This document shows positions 38,794 to 50,291 of a DNA stretch of 64,000 bases, piece by piece. How positions within the stretch are numbered: position 1 is the stretch's first letter; the number at the start of each line of letters is the position of its first letter. This DNA is from Nitrosopumilus sp. (lineage in GTDB: Archaea; Thermoproteota; Nitrososphaeria; Nitrososphaerales; Nitrosopumilaceae): contig CBDBGZ010000007.1 in NCBI GenBank assembly GCA_965205425.1, forward strand, positions 1 to 64,000, in the 5' to 3' direction. A model generated the notes under the pieces. It worked only from the letters and a program-made list of their open reading frames with translations. It did not search any database and had not been told where the DNA came from. The translations under genes were made by a program, and so were the position numbers.

Positions 38794-39327
38794 TTAGAAA
38801 TCAATACCTTTCTTTGCTTTAATTCCTTGTTGAAATGGATGTTTTATTTCTCTCATTTCTGTTACTAGATCAGCAATTTCAATGACTTCATCTTTGGCAT
38901 AATTACCCGTTAATATCAAATCTACATCTTTTGGTTTTGACTTGATAATATTGAGAACATCATCTACTGAGATCAAATTGAGATTTACTGCATAGTTTAT
39001 CTCATCTAAAATTACAATATCATAATTTCCTGACTGAATTTTCTCATTACTGATCCTTATGGCTTCTTTTGCAACTTGTTTATGATCTTCTTTTGAACTT
39101 TTATCATCAATTATGCCTACAAACCCTTTTCCAACTGCAACCATTTCAAATTCAGGTTCGAGTCTTTTTGATGAATCCATTTCACCATAATGCCATGATC
39201 CTTTAATGAATTGAATCATGCAAGTTTTCTTTTCATAACCACTTGCTCGTAATGCAATTCCTAATGCTGCAGTTGTCTTACCTTTTCCTTTTCCAGTATA
39301 AACAATGGTTAAACCATCTTTCTCCAT
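38794..39327 (-). CDS. cobO: Cob(I)yrinic acid a,c-diamide adenosyltransferase
   Basis: YTGKGKGKTTAA, QFIKG, ILDEI, KHPF. Confidence 0.95.
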   Translation of the reverse strand: MEKDGLTIVYTGKGKGKTTAALGIALRASGYEKKTCMIQFIKGSWHYGEMDSSKRLEPEFEMVAVGKGFVGIIDDKSSKEDHKQVAKEAIRISNEKIQSGNYDIVILDEINYAVNLNLISVDDVLNIIKSKPKDVDLILTGNYAKDEVIEIADLVTEMREIKHPFQQGIKAKKGIDF

Positions 39328-39395
39328 AAGTTACATTCAATTATTCTCACTAAAAACATTGAGGATTTTCAAAAATCTATCAATTTAAATAAAAA

Positions 39396-40769
39396 ATGGT
39401 TCTAGTCATGCAATTGAGAATTCCTAGAATCATAATTGCAGGTGCTACTAGCGGAGTGGGTAAAACATCAATTACTTGCTCAATTATCTATGGTTTGCAA
39501 AAAAAAGGTTTGAGTGTTCAACCCTTTAAGGTAGGACCTGATTATATCGATCCAAGTTATCTATCAAGTATTTCCAAACATGAAACATACAATTTAGATG
39601 CTTGGTTGATGGGTGAAAGTCAACTTTTGAATAGCTTTCTTTCAAACTCAAAATCTAATATTTCTGTTATAGAAGGTGTTATGGGATATTATGATGGATT
39701 TGGAGGTGATTCAAACTATGCAAGTACTCATCATGTGGCAGCTTTAACAAAGTCTCCTGTAATATTGATTCTAGATGCAAGCAAAACTTCTCGTTCTATT
39801 GCTGCAACTGCTCTTGGATTTTTGAAATTTCATAGAAACTCCCGCATTGTTGGAATTATTCTTAACAAAATAGGCAGTAAAAAACATGAACTTTTGTGTA
39901 AAAGTGCTCTAGAAAAAACTAAAATTCCAATTATTGGTGTAATTCCAAAAAACCCTTTATTGAATATGTCGTCTAGGCATCTTGGATTAGTTTCAACATT
40001 AGAAAATAAAATTCTCAAAAAACAAATTGAAAAAATATCTAAAATTATTTCAGAAAATATTGATATTAACCAAATTATAAAAATTGTAAAAAATTCATCT
40101 GATCTTTCTAAAAAATCTAAACCTACATCCAAAAAAATAAAAACTACCATTGCTGTTGCACTTGATACTTCTTTTAATTTCTATTATCAAGATAATTTAG
40201 AAGCTCTACGTCGTGAAGGTGCAAAATTAAAATTTTTTAGTCCTGTAAAAGATAAAAAAATTCCAAAGTGTGATGGTCTTTACATTGGTGGTGGATTCCC
40301 TGAAGTTTTAGGCAATTACCTTGAAAAAAACCAAATCATGAAAAAATCAATAAAAAAACTATCTGAAGACAATCTTCCTATTTATGCTGAATGTGGTGGA
40401 TTGATGTATTTGACAAGATCTATTTTTTCTAAAAATAAAAAATATAAAATGATTGGTATATTTGATGCAGAAACTAAAATGACAAAGAAAATGAGATTAA
40501 ATTATACAAAAGGTAAGATAATTTCAAAAAATCCAATATCTGAAAAACTACATAATTTTAAAGGACATGAATTTCACTATTCACATTTAGATTCGGTTTC
40601 ATCTGATTCAAAATTTGCTTACTCTTTAGAAATTGGTGAAGGAATTAAGAAACATCAAGATGGATTAATTCAAGATAATACTTTAGCGTCATATGGTCAT
40701 CTCTATTTTGATAGCTCAAATTATGCAGAAATTTTTGTTAAAAATTGTATGAAATATTCAAAGAGATGA
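39396..40769 (+). CDS. cbiA: Cobyrinate a,c-diamide synthase
   Basis: SGVGKT, KVGPDYIDP, EGVMG, AECGG, GHEFHYS. Confidence 0.96.
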   Translation: MVLVMQLRIPRIIIAGATSGVGKTSITCSIIYGLQKKGLSVQPFKVGPDYIDPSYLSSISKHETYNLDAWLMGESQLLNSFLSNSKSNISVIEGVMGYYDGFGGDSNYASTHHVAALTKSPVILILDASKTSRSIAATALGFLKFHRNSRIVGIILNKIGSKKHELLCKSALEKTKIPIIGVIPKNPLLNMSSRHLGLVSTLENKILKKQIEKISKIISENIDINQIIKIVKNSSDLSKKSKPTSKKIKTTIAVALDTSFNFYYQDNLEALRREGAKLKFFSPVKDKKIPKCDGLYIGGGFPEVLGNYLEKNQIMKKSIKKLSEDNLPIYAECGGLMYLTRSIFSKNKKYKMIGIFDAETKMTKKMRLNYTKGKIISKNPISEKLHNFKGHEFHYSHLDSVSSDSKFAYSLEIGEGIKKHQDGLIQDNTLASYGHLYFDSSNYAEIFVKNCMKYSKR

Positions 40770-41399
40770 TTCTGCTCTAATTAGTTTGAAAATTGCGTTA
40801 ATTGTTGCAGATACTGACGAGCTTCCTCCTTTTCTTCCAATATTTGTGATAAATGGGGCTCCTTCCAATTTAGATAATTCTTCTTTTGACTCTGCAGCAC
40901 AGATGAATCCTACAGGAATTCCAATAATTAGGGCCGGTTTTACTATGCCTTCTTTGACCATTTGAATTACTTCTTGAAGAGCCGTAGGTGCATTTCCTAT
41001 TGCTATAACTCCTCCGTCAATATCTGAAATTGCTGCCCTCATTGATACTTGGGAACGAGTTTTACCTTCTTTCTTTGCTAATTCCATAATTTCTGGTTTT
41101 GAAATATTACAAATTACATCATTTCTAAAATCTTTAGGATTTTGTTTATTCATTCCTCCAATTACTCCATTAACATCTACCACTATACTACAACCATTTT
41201 TCAATGCCTTCATCCCACTTTCAATTGCATCTTTGTGAAAAATTAATTTGTTTTTATCTGCAAAATCAAAATCTGCTGTAGAATGAATAATTCTTCTAAC
41301 AATAGGCCATTCTTTTTCACTAAAATTATGTGAACCTATTTCATCTTCAATCATTTGCATACTTGCATCTTCAATTGATTGACCTTTTTTAGTTTGCAT
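40758..41399 (-). CDS. cbiC: Precorrin-8X methylmutase
   Basis: RIIHSTAD, IGNAPTAL, PVGF, GRKGGS. Confidence 0.96.
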   Translation of the reverse strand: MQTKKGQSIEDASMQMIEDEIGSHNFSEKEWPIVRRIIHSTADFDFADKNKLIFHKDAIESGMKALKNGCSIVVDVNGVIGGMNKQNPKDFRNDVICNISKPEIMELAKKEGKTRSQVSMRAAISDIDGGVIAIGNAPTALQEVIQMVKEGIVKPALIIGIPVGFICAAESKEELSKLEGAPFITNIGRKGGSSSVSATINAIFKLIRAESSL

Positions 41400-42141
41400 T
41401 TTCTACCTCTTTTGCTCTCTCTAATATCAGATCTACCATTTTTTGATCTGTTCCAATATGTTTTGTAATGTATGCTTTTTCAATACTAGATTTTTCAAGT
41501 GCTGGTATCAAATCATTATTAATATCAGTTTTAACATGTGCACCTTCATGAAGAAAATAAAAAACGATTACCAATACTTTGGGATTATCTTTTTCACATT
41601 TCTTAATCCCCTCAAAAATATCTGGTTGTTCTATTTCTAACCAACATCTACTAACATTTCTGTATGAATTTGTTAATTCATTTACAATGTAATCTAATGA
41701 CATTTGTGCATTAGGATCTTTACTACCATGCCCAATAATCATTACATCTACTTCGTTATTTGAAAGTGTAATTTTATTTTCTTCTAGTGTTGTAGATATT
41801 CTATTTTCAACAACATCTACCAAAGTTTTATGCATGCTCATTTGTTTTGTAACTACAAATTTTACATTGGTGTCTTTTTGATATTTCATTACCTCTGTAA
41901 CTGCAATTTTCACTTTTTTACCAGGATACAAAAAGTAAGGAACTATAGTTAAGGAATCAATATCTTGATTTAGACACTTGGGAATTCCATCTTCAATATA
42001 TGGTGGTTCTACCTCTAGAAAACAAAAATCTGTGAAAACATAGTCGCCTTTTGTCTTAATTCCTTGACAAATTACATCTAACTCTTCAGATGCTTCTCTT
42101 TCTCTACTCCCTCTATCAATTAGTAGTAATCCTCTTTTCAT
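41389..42141 (-). CDS. cbiX: Sirohydrochlorin cobaltochelatase (two-domain CbiX)
   Basis: GHGSKDP, GAHVKTDI; duplicated CbiX fold. Confidence 0.92.
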   Translation of the reverse strand: MKRGLLLIDRGSREREASEELDVICQGIKTKGDYVFTDFCFLEVEPPYIEDGIPKCLNQDIDSLTIVPYFLYPGKKVKIAVTEVMKYQKDTNVKFVVTKQMSMHKTLVDVVENRISTTLEENKITLSNNEVDVMIIGHGSKDPNAQMSLDYIVNELTNSYRNVSRCWLEIEQPDIFEGIKKCEKDNPKVLVIVFYFLHEGAHVKTDINNDLIPALEKSSIEKAYITKHIGTDQKMVDLILERAKEVENAN

Positions 42142-43196
42142 TTCATAATCCTCGCTATAGCTATAGTCAAATTTGGTGGGAATTTCTGCTTTTCTACTAT
42201 TAATTGACCTTCAGATACTTTGATAGCAGCAGCTTCTGAAACACTTGCAGTTCCTTCAAAGGCTTTTACAGTTTCAGAAGGATTTGGAGCGGTAATTTCA
42301 GCTAAATCTTCCCTATTTACATACTCTACTGGAATTCCCATCTCTTTCCCAAGATCAATTAGTCCTTGTACGTCTTCAGGTTTTTTTATTGATACTAGTT
42401 TTGTAATTGATTTTGAACTTAGTTTGAATTTTTCTAAACAAAATTCAATTCCTTCTCTAATAGTTTCTTTTGTAGTATCCCAATGTAATCCAATACCAAT
42501 CACTAAACTAGGAGGACGATAAATTACGGATTCCTTAATTATTTCATCGTCAATTAATTTATCAGAAATTATAAGATGAGCTTTAGAATTTGAATTTTTT
42601 AAATCTTCTATACTTTCATAACTTACAACATTTTTTGGTAATTTTTTATACCAATTTTTATCCCCTGCTTCTTGAAATACACCTATTGGTTCTTCATTTA
42701 CCATATGTGCACTAATTTTTGTTACAGTAGAATCATCATCTATTTTCCAATTAAATTCTCTTCCTACTAAGTCGACTGCAATTGTTTTGTTTACATCAGC
42801 TGCAGTGGTAATTACAGATATAGCTCCTAATTTTTCTGCAATCTCTTCAGTAAGCTCATTAGCTCCTCCTATATGTCCTGATAAAACACTGATTACAAAA
42901 TTTGTTTTGTCATCTATCACAATTACTGCAGGATCTGTTTTTTTATCTTTCAAATATGGTGCAATTAATCTAATTACTGCCCCTAATGAAAAAATACAGA
43001 TTAATGCATTATTATTTTTAAAAAGTTCAACAATCTTCTCTGTTGTAGGCTCAGAATACCAAATAATTCCTGTTGCTTCAGTTGTTAGTTTTGATGGAGC
43101 AAATACACTCCAATTTGGAAATAATTTTTTTAGGTTTTCTCCAATTTTTACACCATTTTTAGTAATAACAAGAACTGATGTTTTTTCCATAATCAA
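42138..43196 (-). CDS. cbiG: Cobalt-precorrin-5A hydrolase
   Basis: KKTDPAV, LSGHIGGAN, VITTA, SVSEAAA. Confidence 0.95.
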   Translation of the reverse strand: MIMEKTSVLVITKNGVKIGENLKKLFPNWSVFAPSKLTTEATGIIWYSEPTTEKIVELFKNNNALICIFSLGAVIRLIAPYLKDKKTDPAVIVIDDKTNFVISVLSGHIGGANELTEEIAEKLGAISVITTAADVNKTIAVDLVGREFNWKIDDDSTVTKISAHMVNEEPIGVFQEAGDKNWYKKLPKNVVSYESIEDLKNSNSKAHLIISDKLIDDEIIKESVIYRPPSLVIGIGLHWDTTKETIREGIEFCLEKFKLSSKSITKLVSIKKPEDVQGLIDLGKEMGIPVEYVNREDLAEITAPNPSETVKAFEGTASVSEAAAIKVSEGQLIVEKQKFPPNLTIAIARIMK

Positions 43197-43221
43197 AATC
43201 TTCCAACTTTAATAAAATACC

Positions 43222-44325
43222 TTACTCTTCAGATTCCCTAGCCAAAATATTCCCTTCAAAATCAAATAATATCACATCAATTGGAACTTTTTCTTCAGAA
43301 TGTTTCCTCATATGTTTATACGTCTCACTAGAAATCAAGTCAAAAAATCCTGCAATTTTATTTTTTTGAATAATTTCTGAAACATGTCTAGCTGTATTTG
43401 CTTTTTTAATTTCTTGAACTACACTTCCATTAGCATTACATTTTTGAGCTAATTCTGCTAAAAAACCCATGTCTACTTTAGACCCTTTAACATGAGTTTG
43501 TTTAACCCCTGCTGCCATTTTTGCTAGCTTTCCAATAAAACCCACAACGTATGCTTTTTTGATATTTTTTCTACCGCATTGCTGAATTGCATATCCTGAA
43601 AAATCACCTATTTGTACAAAACAATGTTCAGGTAAATTTACTATTTTTTTTGCAAAATTTTCACTTCTTCCACCTGTTGTGAGTACTACTGTATCATTAC
43701 CAGCTGCAATTGACACATCCAAATTTTGTCTAATTGATGCTGCGTATGCTGCAGTAGAAAATGGAATAACAATTCCACTAGTTCCTAAAATTGAAATTCC
43801 ATTAATAATTCCTAATCTTGGATTATCTGTTTTAGGTCCTAGATCTTTTCCCTTAGGAACTGAAATCACTATTCTGATTCCTTTTTCTAAAAGAATTTCT
43901 TTTCCTACTTCCCTTAGATTTTCAATAATCATTTTTTTAGGAACTGGATTGATTGCAGGTTTGTTAATTTCCAAACCTAATCCAGGTTTGGTTACTATGC
44001 CTACTCCCTCACCCCCGTCAATCTCAATTTCATTTATTTTTTCAATAAATGATAATTCTACAATAATTTCTGCACCATGAGTAACATCAGGATCATCTCC
44101 TCCATTTTTGATAACTGAGCATTTTGCTCCATCAGATCTAAATTCACATGAATAGATTGGAATTTCGACATAGGATTTTTTTGGTAATAGAATATCTACC
44201 TTTTCAATTTTTTTCTGATTAATAATTGATAATAGAGCAGCTTTTGATGCAGCAGTTGCAGAACTTCCTGTAGTATAACCTGTCTTTAATTTTGTTTCTT
44301 CTTCTCCCACATTAGTTGTATTCAT
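43222..44325 (-). CDS. cbiD: Cobalt-precorrin-5B C1-methyltransferase
   Basis: GYTTG, GDDPDVTHG, NPRLGI..GISILGTSG. Confidence 0.96.
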   Translation of the reverse strand: MNTTNVGEEETKLKTGYTTGSSATAASKAALLSIINQKKIEKVDILLPKKSYVEIPIYSCEFRSDGAKCSVIKNGGDDPDVTHGAEIIVELSFIEKINEIEIDGGEGVGIVTKPGLGLEINKPAINPVPKKMIIENLREVGKEILLEKGIRIVISVPKGKDLGPKTDNPRLGIINGISILGTSGIVIPFSTAAYAASIRQNLDVSIAAGNDTVVLTTGGRSENFAKKIVNLPEHCFVQIGDFSGYAIQQCGRKNIKKAYVVGFIGKLAKMAAGVKQTHVKGSKVDMGFLAELAQKCNANGSVVQEIKKANTARHVSEIIQKNKIAGFFDLISSETYKHMRKHSEEKVPIDVILFDFEGNILARESEE

Positions 44326-44404
44326 TTTGTAGTATTAACTCTTATTTCATATTTTTTGAAAATTATTCAAATAGATTTAAAATTAAAACAAACTTGGTTC
44401 TATC

Positions 44405-45274
44405 ATGGTAAAATCTACAAAGATTGTCGTTACTGGAGCTAGTGGTTTTATTGCAAAAAATCTTCGAAAATATTTATCTGAGCAAAATATTGAATTAATC
44501 TCAATTTCTAGAAATGACTTTAAGAATTTTAAATGTGAAACTAAAATTATCTCAAAAAATTACGAAGAAAAAAATATACTTAAAAAAATTCAAAATTCAA
44601 ATGGATTAATTCATCTTGTTGGAATAGGAAAACAATCTATAAGCACTGATTATGATGTAATAAATACTGATTTAACAAAACATGTTGTAAATTTATGTAA
44701 AAAATCCAGAATAAAAAAAATTGTTTTTTTAAGTGGCTTGGGAGTATCTCCAACTACTTCATTAGGTTATTTTATTTCAAAATATAATGCTGAAAAACAA
44801 ATTATTGAATCTGGCTTGGATTTCACTATTTTTAGACCTTCATACATTGTTGGAAAAGATGATTTGTTATCAAAAAACCTAAAAAAACAAATTAAATCTG
44901 GAGAAATTATAATTCCAGGCTCTGGAACTTATTCAATCCAACCAATCCATGTGTTTGATGTTGTGAATATTCTTTTCAAATCTATATCTCAACTGGAATT
45001 TAATAATAAAATTATTGATCTTGTTGGTCCTGATTATGTTACTTTTGAAAAATATGTTAAACTCTTTTCCAAAGGAACTCAGACTAAAATTAAAAAAATT
45101 AATCTTGAGAAAGCATATCGTAATGCAATAGTGAATTCAAAATCTGATTTTGGAATTGATGATCTTAATATTCTAATTGGTAATTTTAAAGGCAATCACA
45201 AAAAATTATCTAAAATATCTAAAATTAAATTTCAATCTGTAATAGAATTACTACAATCCGGCAGATTGCTTTAA
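44405..45274 (+). CDS. NAD-dependent epimerase/dehydratase family protein
   Basis: [22 protein letters not shown]. Confidence 0.88.
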   Translation: MVKSTKIVVTGASGFIAKNLRKYLSEQNIELISISRNDFKNFKCETKIISKNYEEKNILKKIQNSNGLIHLVGIGKQSISTDYDVINTDLTKHVVNLCKKSRIKKIVFLSGLGVSPTTSLGYFISKYNAEKQIIESGLDFTIFRPSYIVGKDDLLSKNLKKQIKSGEIIIPGSGTYSIQPIHVFDVVNILFKSISQLEFNNKIIDLVGPDYVTFEKYVKLFSKGTQTKIKKINLEKAYRNAIVNSKSDFGIDDLNILIGNFKGNHKKLSKISKIKFQSVIELLQSGRLL

Positions 45275-46417
45275 TGCTTCAGATTTGTCCGTTTTTTCCC
45301 AAGTAAATTCTGGTTCATTTCTTCCAAAATGACCATAGGCTGCAGTTTTTTTGTAAATGGGTCTCTTCAAATCTAGTTGTGAAATGATTCCTGATGGTTT
45401 CATGTCAAAATTCTTTCTAACTAAATCTTCAATTTGATTTTCAGGAATTTTGTTTGTTCCAAATGTATTGACGTACAATGATACTGGCTCTGCAACACCT
45501 ATTGCGTATGCAAGTTGGACTTCACATCTGTCTGCTAATCCTGCTGCAACTAGATTCTTTGCAATGTATCTACACATGTAACATGCAGATCTATCAACTT
45601 TTGATGGGTCTTTTCCTGAAAAAGCTCCACCACCATGTCTTCCAAATCCACCATAACTATCAACAATAATCTTTCTTCCAGTTAATCCTGCATCTCCATG
45701 TGGACCACCAATAACAAATTTACCTGTTGGGTTGATGTGAGTTTTGATATCCTCATTCCAAAGATTTCCTAAAACTGGTTTGATTACTTTATCAATGATC
45801 TCTCTAGAAATTTCTTCTTGGGAAATGTCTGGTGCATGCTGTGTTGATATAACTACCGTTTCGATTTTAGTAGGTTTGTTATCTTCATATCGTACAGATA
45901 CTTGTGATTTACCATCTGGTCTTACCCATGGTAAAGATTGATCTCTTCTTACTTGTGATAATTTTTGAATAAGTTTATGTGCTAACAAAATTGGCATAGG
46001 CATTAATTCTTCAGTTTCGTTTGATGCATAACCAAACATCAAACCTTGGTCACCTGCACCTTGTTCTTTTTCTTCTGTGGCAGTTACTCCTTGACTAATA
46101 TCTGGACTTTGTGAATGAAGTTTTAAATCAACTTTACATGTATCTCCATCAAACATCAAATCTTTGTTATCATATCCTATTTCCCTTATTGTTTTTCTAA
46201 CTAATTCTTCTTGAGCCTTTTGATCAAAAACAGCTTTTGACGTAACTTCTCCTGATACTACAACATAATCTGTAGTTACCATTGTTTCAACTGCAACTCT
46301 GGAATTTGGATCCTGTTTTAGGTATTCATCTAAAAATGCATCAGAAATATTATCACATACTTTGTCTGGGTGACCCTCTGTCACTGATTCGGAAGTAAAG
46401 AGAAAATTATTGGTCAT
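45251..46417 (-). CDS. metK: S-adenosylmethionine synthetase (bacterial/eukaryotic type)
   Basis: [28 protein letters not shown]. Confidence 0.98.
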   Translation of the reverse strand: MTNNFLFTSESVTEGHPDKVCDNISDAFLDEYLKQDPNSRVAVETMVTTDYVVVSGEVTSKAVFDQKAQEELVRKTIREIGYDNKDLMFDGDTCKVDLKLHSQSPDISQGVTATEEKEQGAGDQGLMFGYASNETEELMPMPILLAHKLIQKLSQVRRDQSLPWVRPDGKSQVSVRYEDNKPTKIETVVISTQHAPDISQEEISREIIDKVIKPVLGNLWNEDIKTHINPTGKFVIGGPHGDAGLTGRKIIVDSYGGFGRHGGGAFSGKDPSKVDRSACYMCRYIAKNLVAAGLADRCEVQLAYAIGVAEPVSLYVNTFGTNKIPENQIEDLVRKNFDMKPSGIISQLDLKRPIYKKTAAYGHFGRNEPEFTWEKTDKSEALKQSAGL

Positions 46418-46437
46418 AAAACCACATCATGTTAACA

Positions 46438-46683
46438 CTAGAGCTCGTTTTCTAGTTTGATAAATAATACATTATTGCCTCTTACGATAACTCTACCATA
46501 ATTTGCAATTGTTTTGCCATCATGAAGTTCTTCAGCATCAGTCATAATCAAATTCATATAAGAATCGACATTATCCATCTTTCCTTTGTATTCGACTTCA
46601 TTTTTCAGTCTAACAGTAACTTTCTTCTTTGTACTTTTTTGAAGAGTTGTTAGAGGTCTTTTTGCACTATTTGATTGGGACAC
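46438..46683 (-). CDS. Sm-like (Lsm) protein
   Basis: VRLKN..Y.G....DSYMNL, IVRGNNV. Confidence 0.94.
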   Translation of the reverse strand: MSQSNSAKRPLTTLQKSTKKKVTVRLKNEVEYKGKMDNVDSYMNLIMTDAEELHDGKTIANYGRVIVRGNNVLFIKLENEL

Positions 46684-46791
46684 TAATTGTTCACTTATTT
46701 TGCAACTTTAGTCTCTAGCATAAAAGCCTTGCCTCCTTTGTGTATATTCAAATTCCTTAAATTTTTTCTTAGTTTTCTAATAATTACACAA

Positions 46792-47451
46792 ATGATCTCT
46801 ACGGGTTTACAAAAATTAGACCAATTCTTGTCTGGGGGAATTCCAGATAGTGTTATTGTAGATATTTTTGGTGAAAACGGAACGGGTAAAACATTGCTAT
46901 TATTACAATTATTAATAAATTCAATAAAAAATGGTGGAAATGTTTTGTATTTAGATACAACAGGAGGGTTCAGACCAGAACGAATTCTAGAGATTCAAAA
47001 AGAATATGAAATAGAAATTAATTTACTTGAAAAAATAACTGTATCTAGAGTTACAAATACTTCAGAACAAATCAAATCAATTAACAATATTGAAACAAAT
47101 GATTTTTCTCTTATAGTAATTGATAATATTACAGATTTATTTTCATATGAATATCAAAAAGATGAATCAACTTTTGAAAAAAATTCTCTATTCATGAAAT
47201 ATATGTACACTTTATCAAACTTTGCTATTACAAAAAAAATCCCAATTATTATCACAAATATGATTAGAACGAGTGATGGTAAAGAAATTGAAAATATGCA
47301 AAATTCAATTGATCCTTTTACACATATCAAAATCCATCTTTTTAAAAATTCATCAAAATTTCATGGTCAAATCTATTGGGCATTAAAAAAAGAAAATTTT
47401 TCATACACAATTAACAAAATTGGTCTTTTAGATACTACTGAAGATTTTTAA
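46792..47451 (+). CDS. RadA paralogue (RadB/aRadC-like ATPase)
   Basis: ISTG...LD..L.GG, GENGTGKT, YLDT.GGFRPER, IVID; no N-terminal HhH domain. Confidence 0.85.
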   Translation: MISTGLQKLDQFLSGGIPDSVIVDIFGENGTGKTLLLLQLLINSIKNGGNVLYLDTTGGFRPERILEIQKEYEIEINLLEKITVSRVTNTSEQIKSINNIETNDFSLIVIDNITDLFSYEYQKDESTFEKNSLFMKYMYTLSNFAITKKIPIIITNMIRTSDGKEIENMQNSIDPFTHIKIHLFKNSSKFHGQIYWALKKENFSYTINKIGLLDTTEDF

Positions 47452-47473
47452 TAGTCTACTCTTAGATAAAACC

Positions 47474-47593
47474 ATGGCAGAAATTTTTGATTCAATACCA
47501 ATTATCACTGTAGTTTTATTTGCATTAGGATTAGTTGGTGTAATTGTTTATGAAAGATCACGATCAAATAACCCAGTTGAATCCACTTCTTGA
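47474..47593 (+). CDS. 39-aa single-TM microprotein (absent from ORF track)
   Basis: MAEIFDSIPIITVVLFALGLVGVIVYERSRSNNPVESTS*. Confidence 0.55.
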   Translation: MAEIFDSIPIITVVLFALGLVGVIVYERSRSNNPVESTS

Positions 47594-50291
47594 TTCATTA
47601 TTTGGAAAATTTGGATTTTCTAAACTAACTGAGATTCAAAAAAAAGCATCACCAATAATTTTACAAAAAAAAGACTGCCTTGTAATTGCTCCAACAGGTT
47701 CAGGAAAAACAGAATGTTCAGTAATTCCAATTTTTTCATTGTTAAAAAATTCTAAACAATCTAGAAAAATTAAAATGCTTTACATCACTCCTTTACGAGC
47801 CTTAAATCGTGATGTATTTAGAAGAATCACAAATTATGCACATGAAAATCAATTAACAATTGAAATTAGACATGGTGATACTAGTCAAAAAGATAGAAAA
47901 AAAATAACTGAAAATCCCCCTGATATTTTAATCACAACTCCTGAAACTTTGGTTATTCTTTTAACACAGGTTAAAATGCTTAATGCATTATATGATTTAG
48001 AATGGATTGTTATAGATGAAGTACATGAATTATTATCTAGCGAACGAGGTTCTCAATTATCATTAAGTATTGAAAGACTAGAATTAAACTCAAAATATCC
48101 ACTTACAAAAATTGGATTATCTGCAACTGTGGGAAATTTTGATGAAGCCGGAAAATTTGTTGTAGGCACTAAACGAAAATGTCAGATAATTAGAGATACA
48201 TCTGTTAGAAAATATGATGTTGAAATCAAATATGTCAAAGGAACAATTTCAGATGTTGCAGAGAAAATAGTTGAATATGTATTGGAATTGAAGTTAGATT
48301 CCCCCATACTTCTATTTACAAACACTCGAGGAGAAGCAGAGTTTTTAGCATCAGTATTAAAACAAAAATCTTCTATTCCAATAGAATTACACCATGGTTC
48401 TCTATCAAAAGAAGTTAGAGAAGAAACAGAACAAACTTTGCGTGAAGGAAAATATGGTATTGTAGTATGTACATCATCATTAGAATTAGGATTAGATATT
48501 GGTTCAGTTGAATTAGTAATTCATTATGGTTCTCCAAGACAAGTGTCAAAGTTTGTTCAAAGAATAGGTAGAAGTAAACATAATCGTGATGCATCAGCTC
48601 AAGGATTAATCATTACAAATAATCCTGATGATGAATTTGAAGCACAAGCAATCCTTGATCGTATTCAAGAAGGTTCTATTGAAGAACAAAAAATTCATGA
48701 TGGCTCTTTAGATGTTTTAGCTCATCATTTAGTTGGATTATCTATGCAAATTGGTGAAATTACAGTTGAACAAGCTTTTGAATTAGTTACAAAGGCATAT
48801 TCGTTTAGAAATTTAAAAATTCAGGATCTAATAGATGTCTTAGATTTACTTGATTCAAACTATTTGATATTTTTTGATAGACTAAAAATGACTTATTGGA
48901 AAAAAGGAGGTTCTTTCAAATATTATTTCGAAAATCTTTCAACAATACCTGATATTCTTAAATTCAAAGTTTTTGATAGTGTTGGGAAAAAAATTATTGG
49001 ATCTTTAGATCAAAGATTTGTAGGAGATCATGGAGATTCAGGAAATATTTTTGTATTGAAAGGTTCGCAATGGAGAATTCTAAATGTTGATGAAAAATCA
49101 TTTAGTGTAAATGTTGAACCTTTCAGAGGCGGAGGAATTACAGTGCCATATTGGGAAGGAGAAAGTATACCCATTGACTATAAAACTGCGCGTAAAGTAG
49201 GAAATTTTCGTAGTAAAGTTAAGAATGGAAGTTTAACTTTAACAAATAATGTAATTGAAAAATTAAATTTTGATAAAATTCCTGATGAAAATAACCTTGT
49301 AATTGAATCTAATAGATCTCAGGGTTCAATTGTAATTCATTCTTGTCTTGGTACTAAGATCAATTCTACTCTATCCACATTACTATCTTCTGTGCTTTCA
49401 TCCATGTTAGGTTCAATCGTTGATTTTCGTTCTGATGGTTATAGAATTGTTTTATCTTCTAATTCTAGAATTTCAGAAAAACTTTTCATGGAAACTATAA
49501 AAGATGATTATGATTTACAGTCTGTTGTTAGTGCTTCTTTAACTGGAACTCATAATGTAAATTGGAAAACATGGTGTGTTGCAAAAAAATTTGGAGTTGT
49601 AGGTCGTGGGGCAATATATGAAAGAAAATCTGCTCGATTTTTGTACGAACGATATTCCAAAACAGCACTTGTACATGAAGCACTACGAGAATTATTTCAT
49701 GATAAATATGATCTTAAAAATTCTGAAAAAATTCTAAAAAAAATCCAAGGAGATGAAATTCATATAACTTGGATAGATGTTGATCAATATTCTAAATTAG
49801 CTCTGCCAATTTTAGATCATACTGCTAAATATTATTCCTCTCCTGCAAATCTTGACAAAGGAATTCTTGATCTCGTAAAAGCTAGATTAGAAAAAACAAA
49901 ACATCGTTTGATTTGTGCTCGATGTGGAAAGTGGGAACGAGTATTTCAAACATCTGAGGTAAAAAATTTACTAATATGTCCATATTGTAAAGCAAGACAA
50001 ATTACTACAACGTATTATTCTGATTATGATCTACCTAAAATTATTAGAAAAAAACATGATGGAAAAAGATTAACTGCAGATGAAAAACACAAGTTTGATC
50101 GTGCCTGGAAAGTTGCATCATTAGTGGAAAATTTTGGGAAAATCGCTATTACTGTAATTTCTGGATATGGTGTTGGTGCTGATACTGCGGCAAGGATTTT
50201 GAGAAATATGGTGGATGAAGAACATTTGTTTAAACAAATCTATGAAGCAGAAAGACAATACGTTGTAACCAGGGGTTTTTGGGATTCTTAG
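47544..50291 (+). CDS. lhr: Lhr-type SF2 helicase with C-terminal zinc finger
   Basis: APTGSGKT, DEVH, LSAT, HHGSLS, QRIGRS; CARC...CPYC. Start uncertain. Confidence 0.94.
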   Translation: MFMKDHDQITQLNPLLDSLFGKFGFSKLTEIQKKASPIILQKKDCLVIAPTGSGKTECSVIPIFSLLKNSKQSRKIKMLYITPLRALNRDVFRRITNYAHENQLTIEIRHGDTSQKDRKKITENPPDILITTPETLVILLTQVKMLNALYDLEWIVIDEVHELLSSERGSQLSLSIERLELNSKYPLTKIGLSATVGNFDEAGKFVVGTKRKCQIIRDTSVRKYDVEIKYVKGTISDVAEKIVEYVLELKLDSPILLFTNTRGEAEFLASVLKQKSSIPIELHHGSLSKEVREETEQTLREGKYGIVVCTSSLELGLDIGSVELVIHYGSPRQVSKFVQRIGRSKHNRDASAQGLIITNNPDDEFEAQAILDRIQEGSIEEQKIHDGSLDVLAHHLVGLSMQIGEITVEQAFELVTKAYSFRNLKIQDLIDVLDLLDSNYLIFFDRLKMTYWKKGGSFKYYFENLSTIPDILKFKVFDSVGKKIIGSLDQRFVGDHGDSGNIFVLKGSQWRILNVDEKSFSVNVEPFRGGGITVPYWEGESIPIDYKTARKVGNFRSKVKNGSLTLTNNVIEKLNFDKIPDENNLVIESNRSQGSIVIHSCLGTKINSTLSTLLSSVLSSMLGSIVDFRSDGYRIVLSSNSRISEKLFMETIKDDYDLQSVVSASLTGTHNVNWKTWCVAKKFGVVGRGAIYERKSARFLYERYSKTALVHEALRELFHDKYDLKNSEKILKKIQGDEIHITWIDVDQYSKLALPILDHTAKYYSSPANLDKGILDLVKARLEKTKHRLICARCGKWERVFQTSEVKNLLICPYCKARQITTTYYSDYDLPKIIRKKHDGKRLTADEKHKFDRAWKVASLVENFGKIAITVISGYGVGADTAARILRNMVDEEHLFKQIYEAERQYVVTRGFWDS

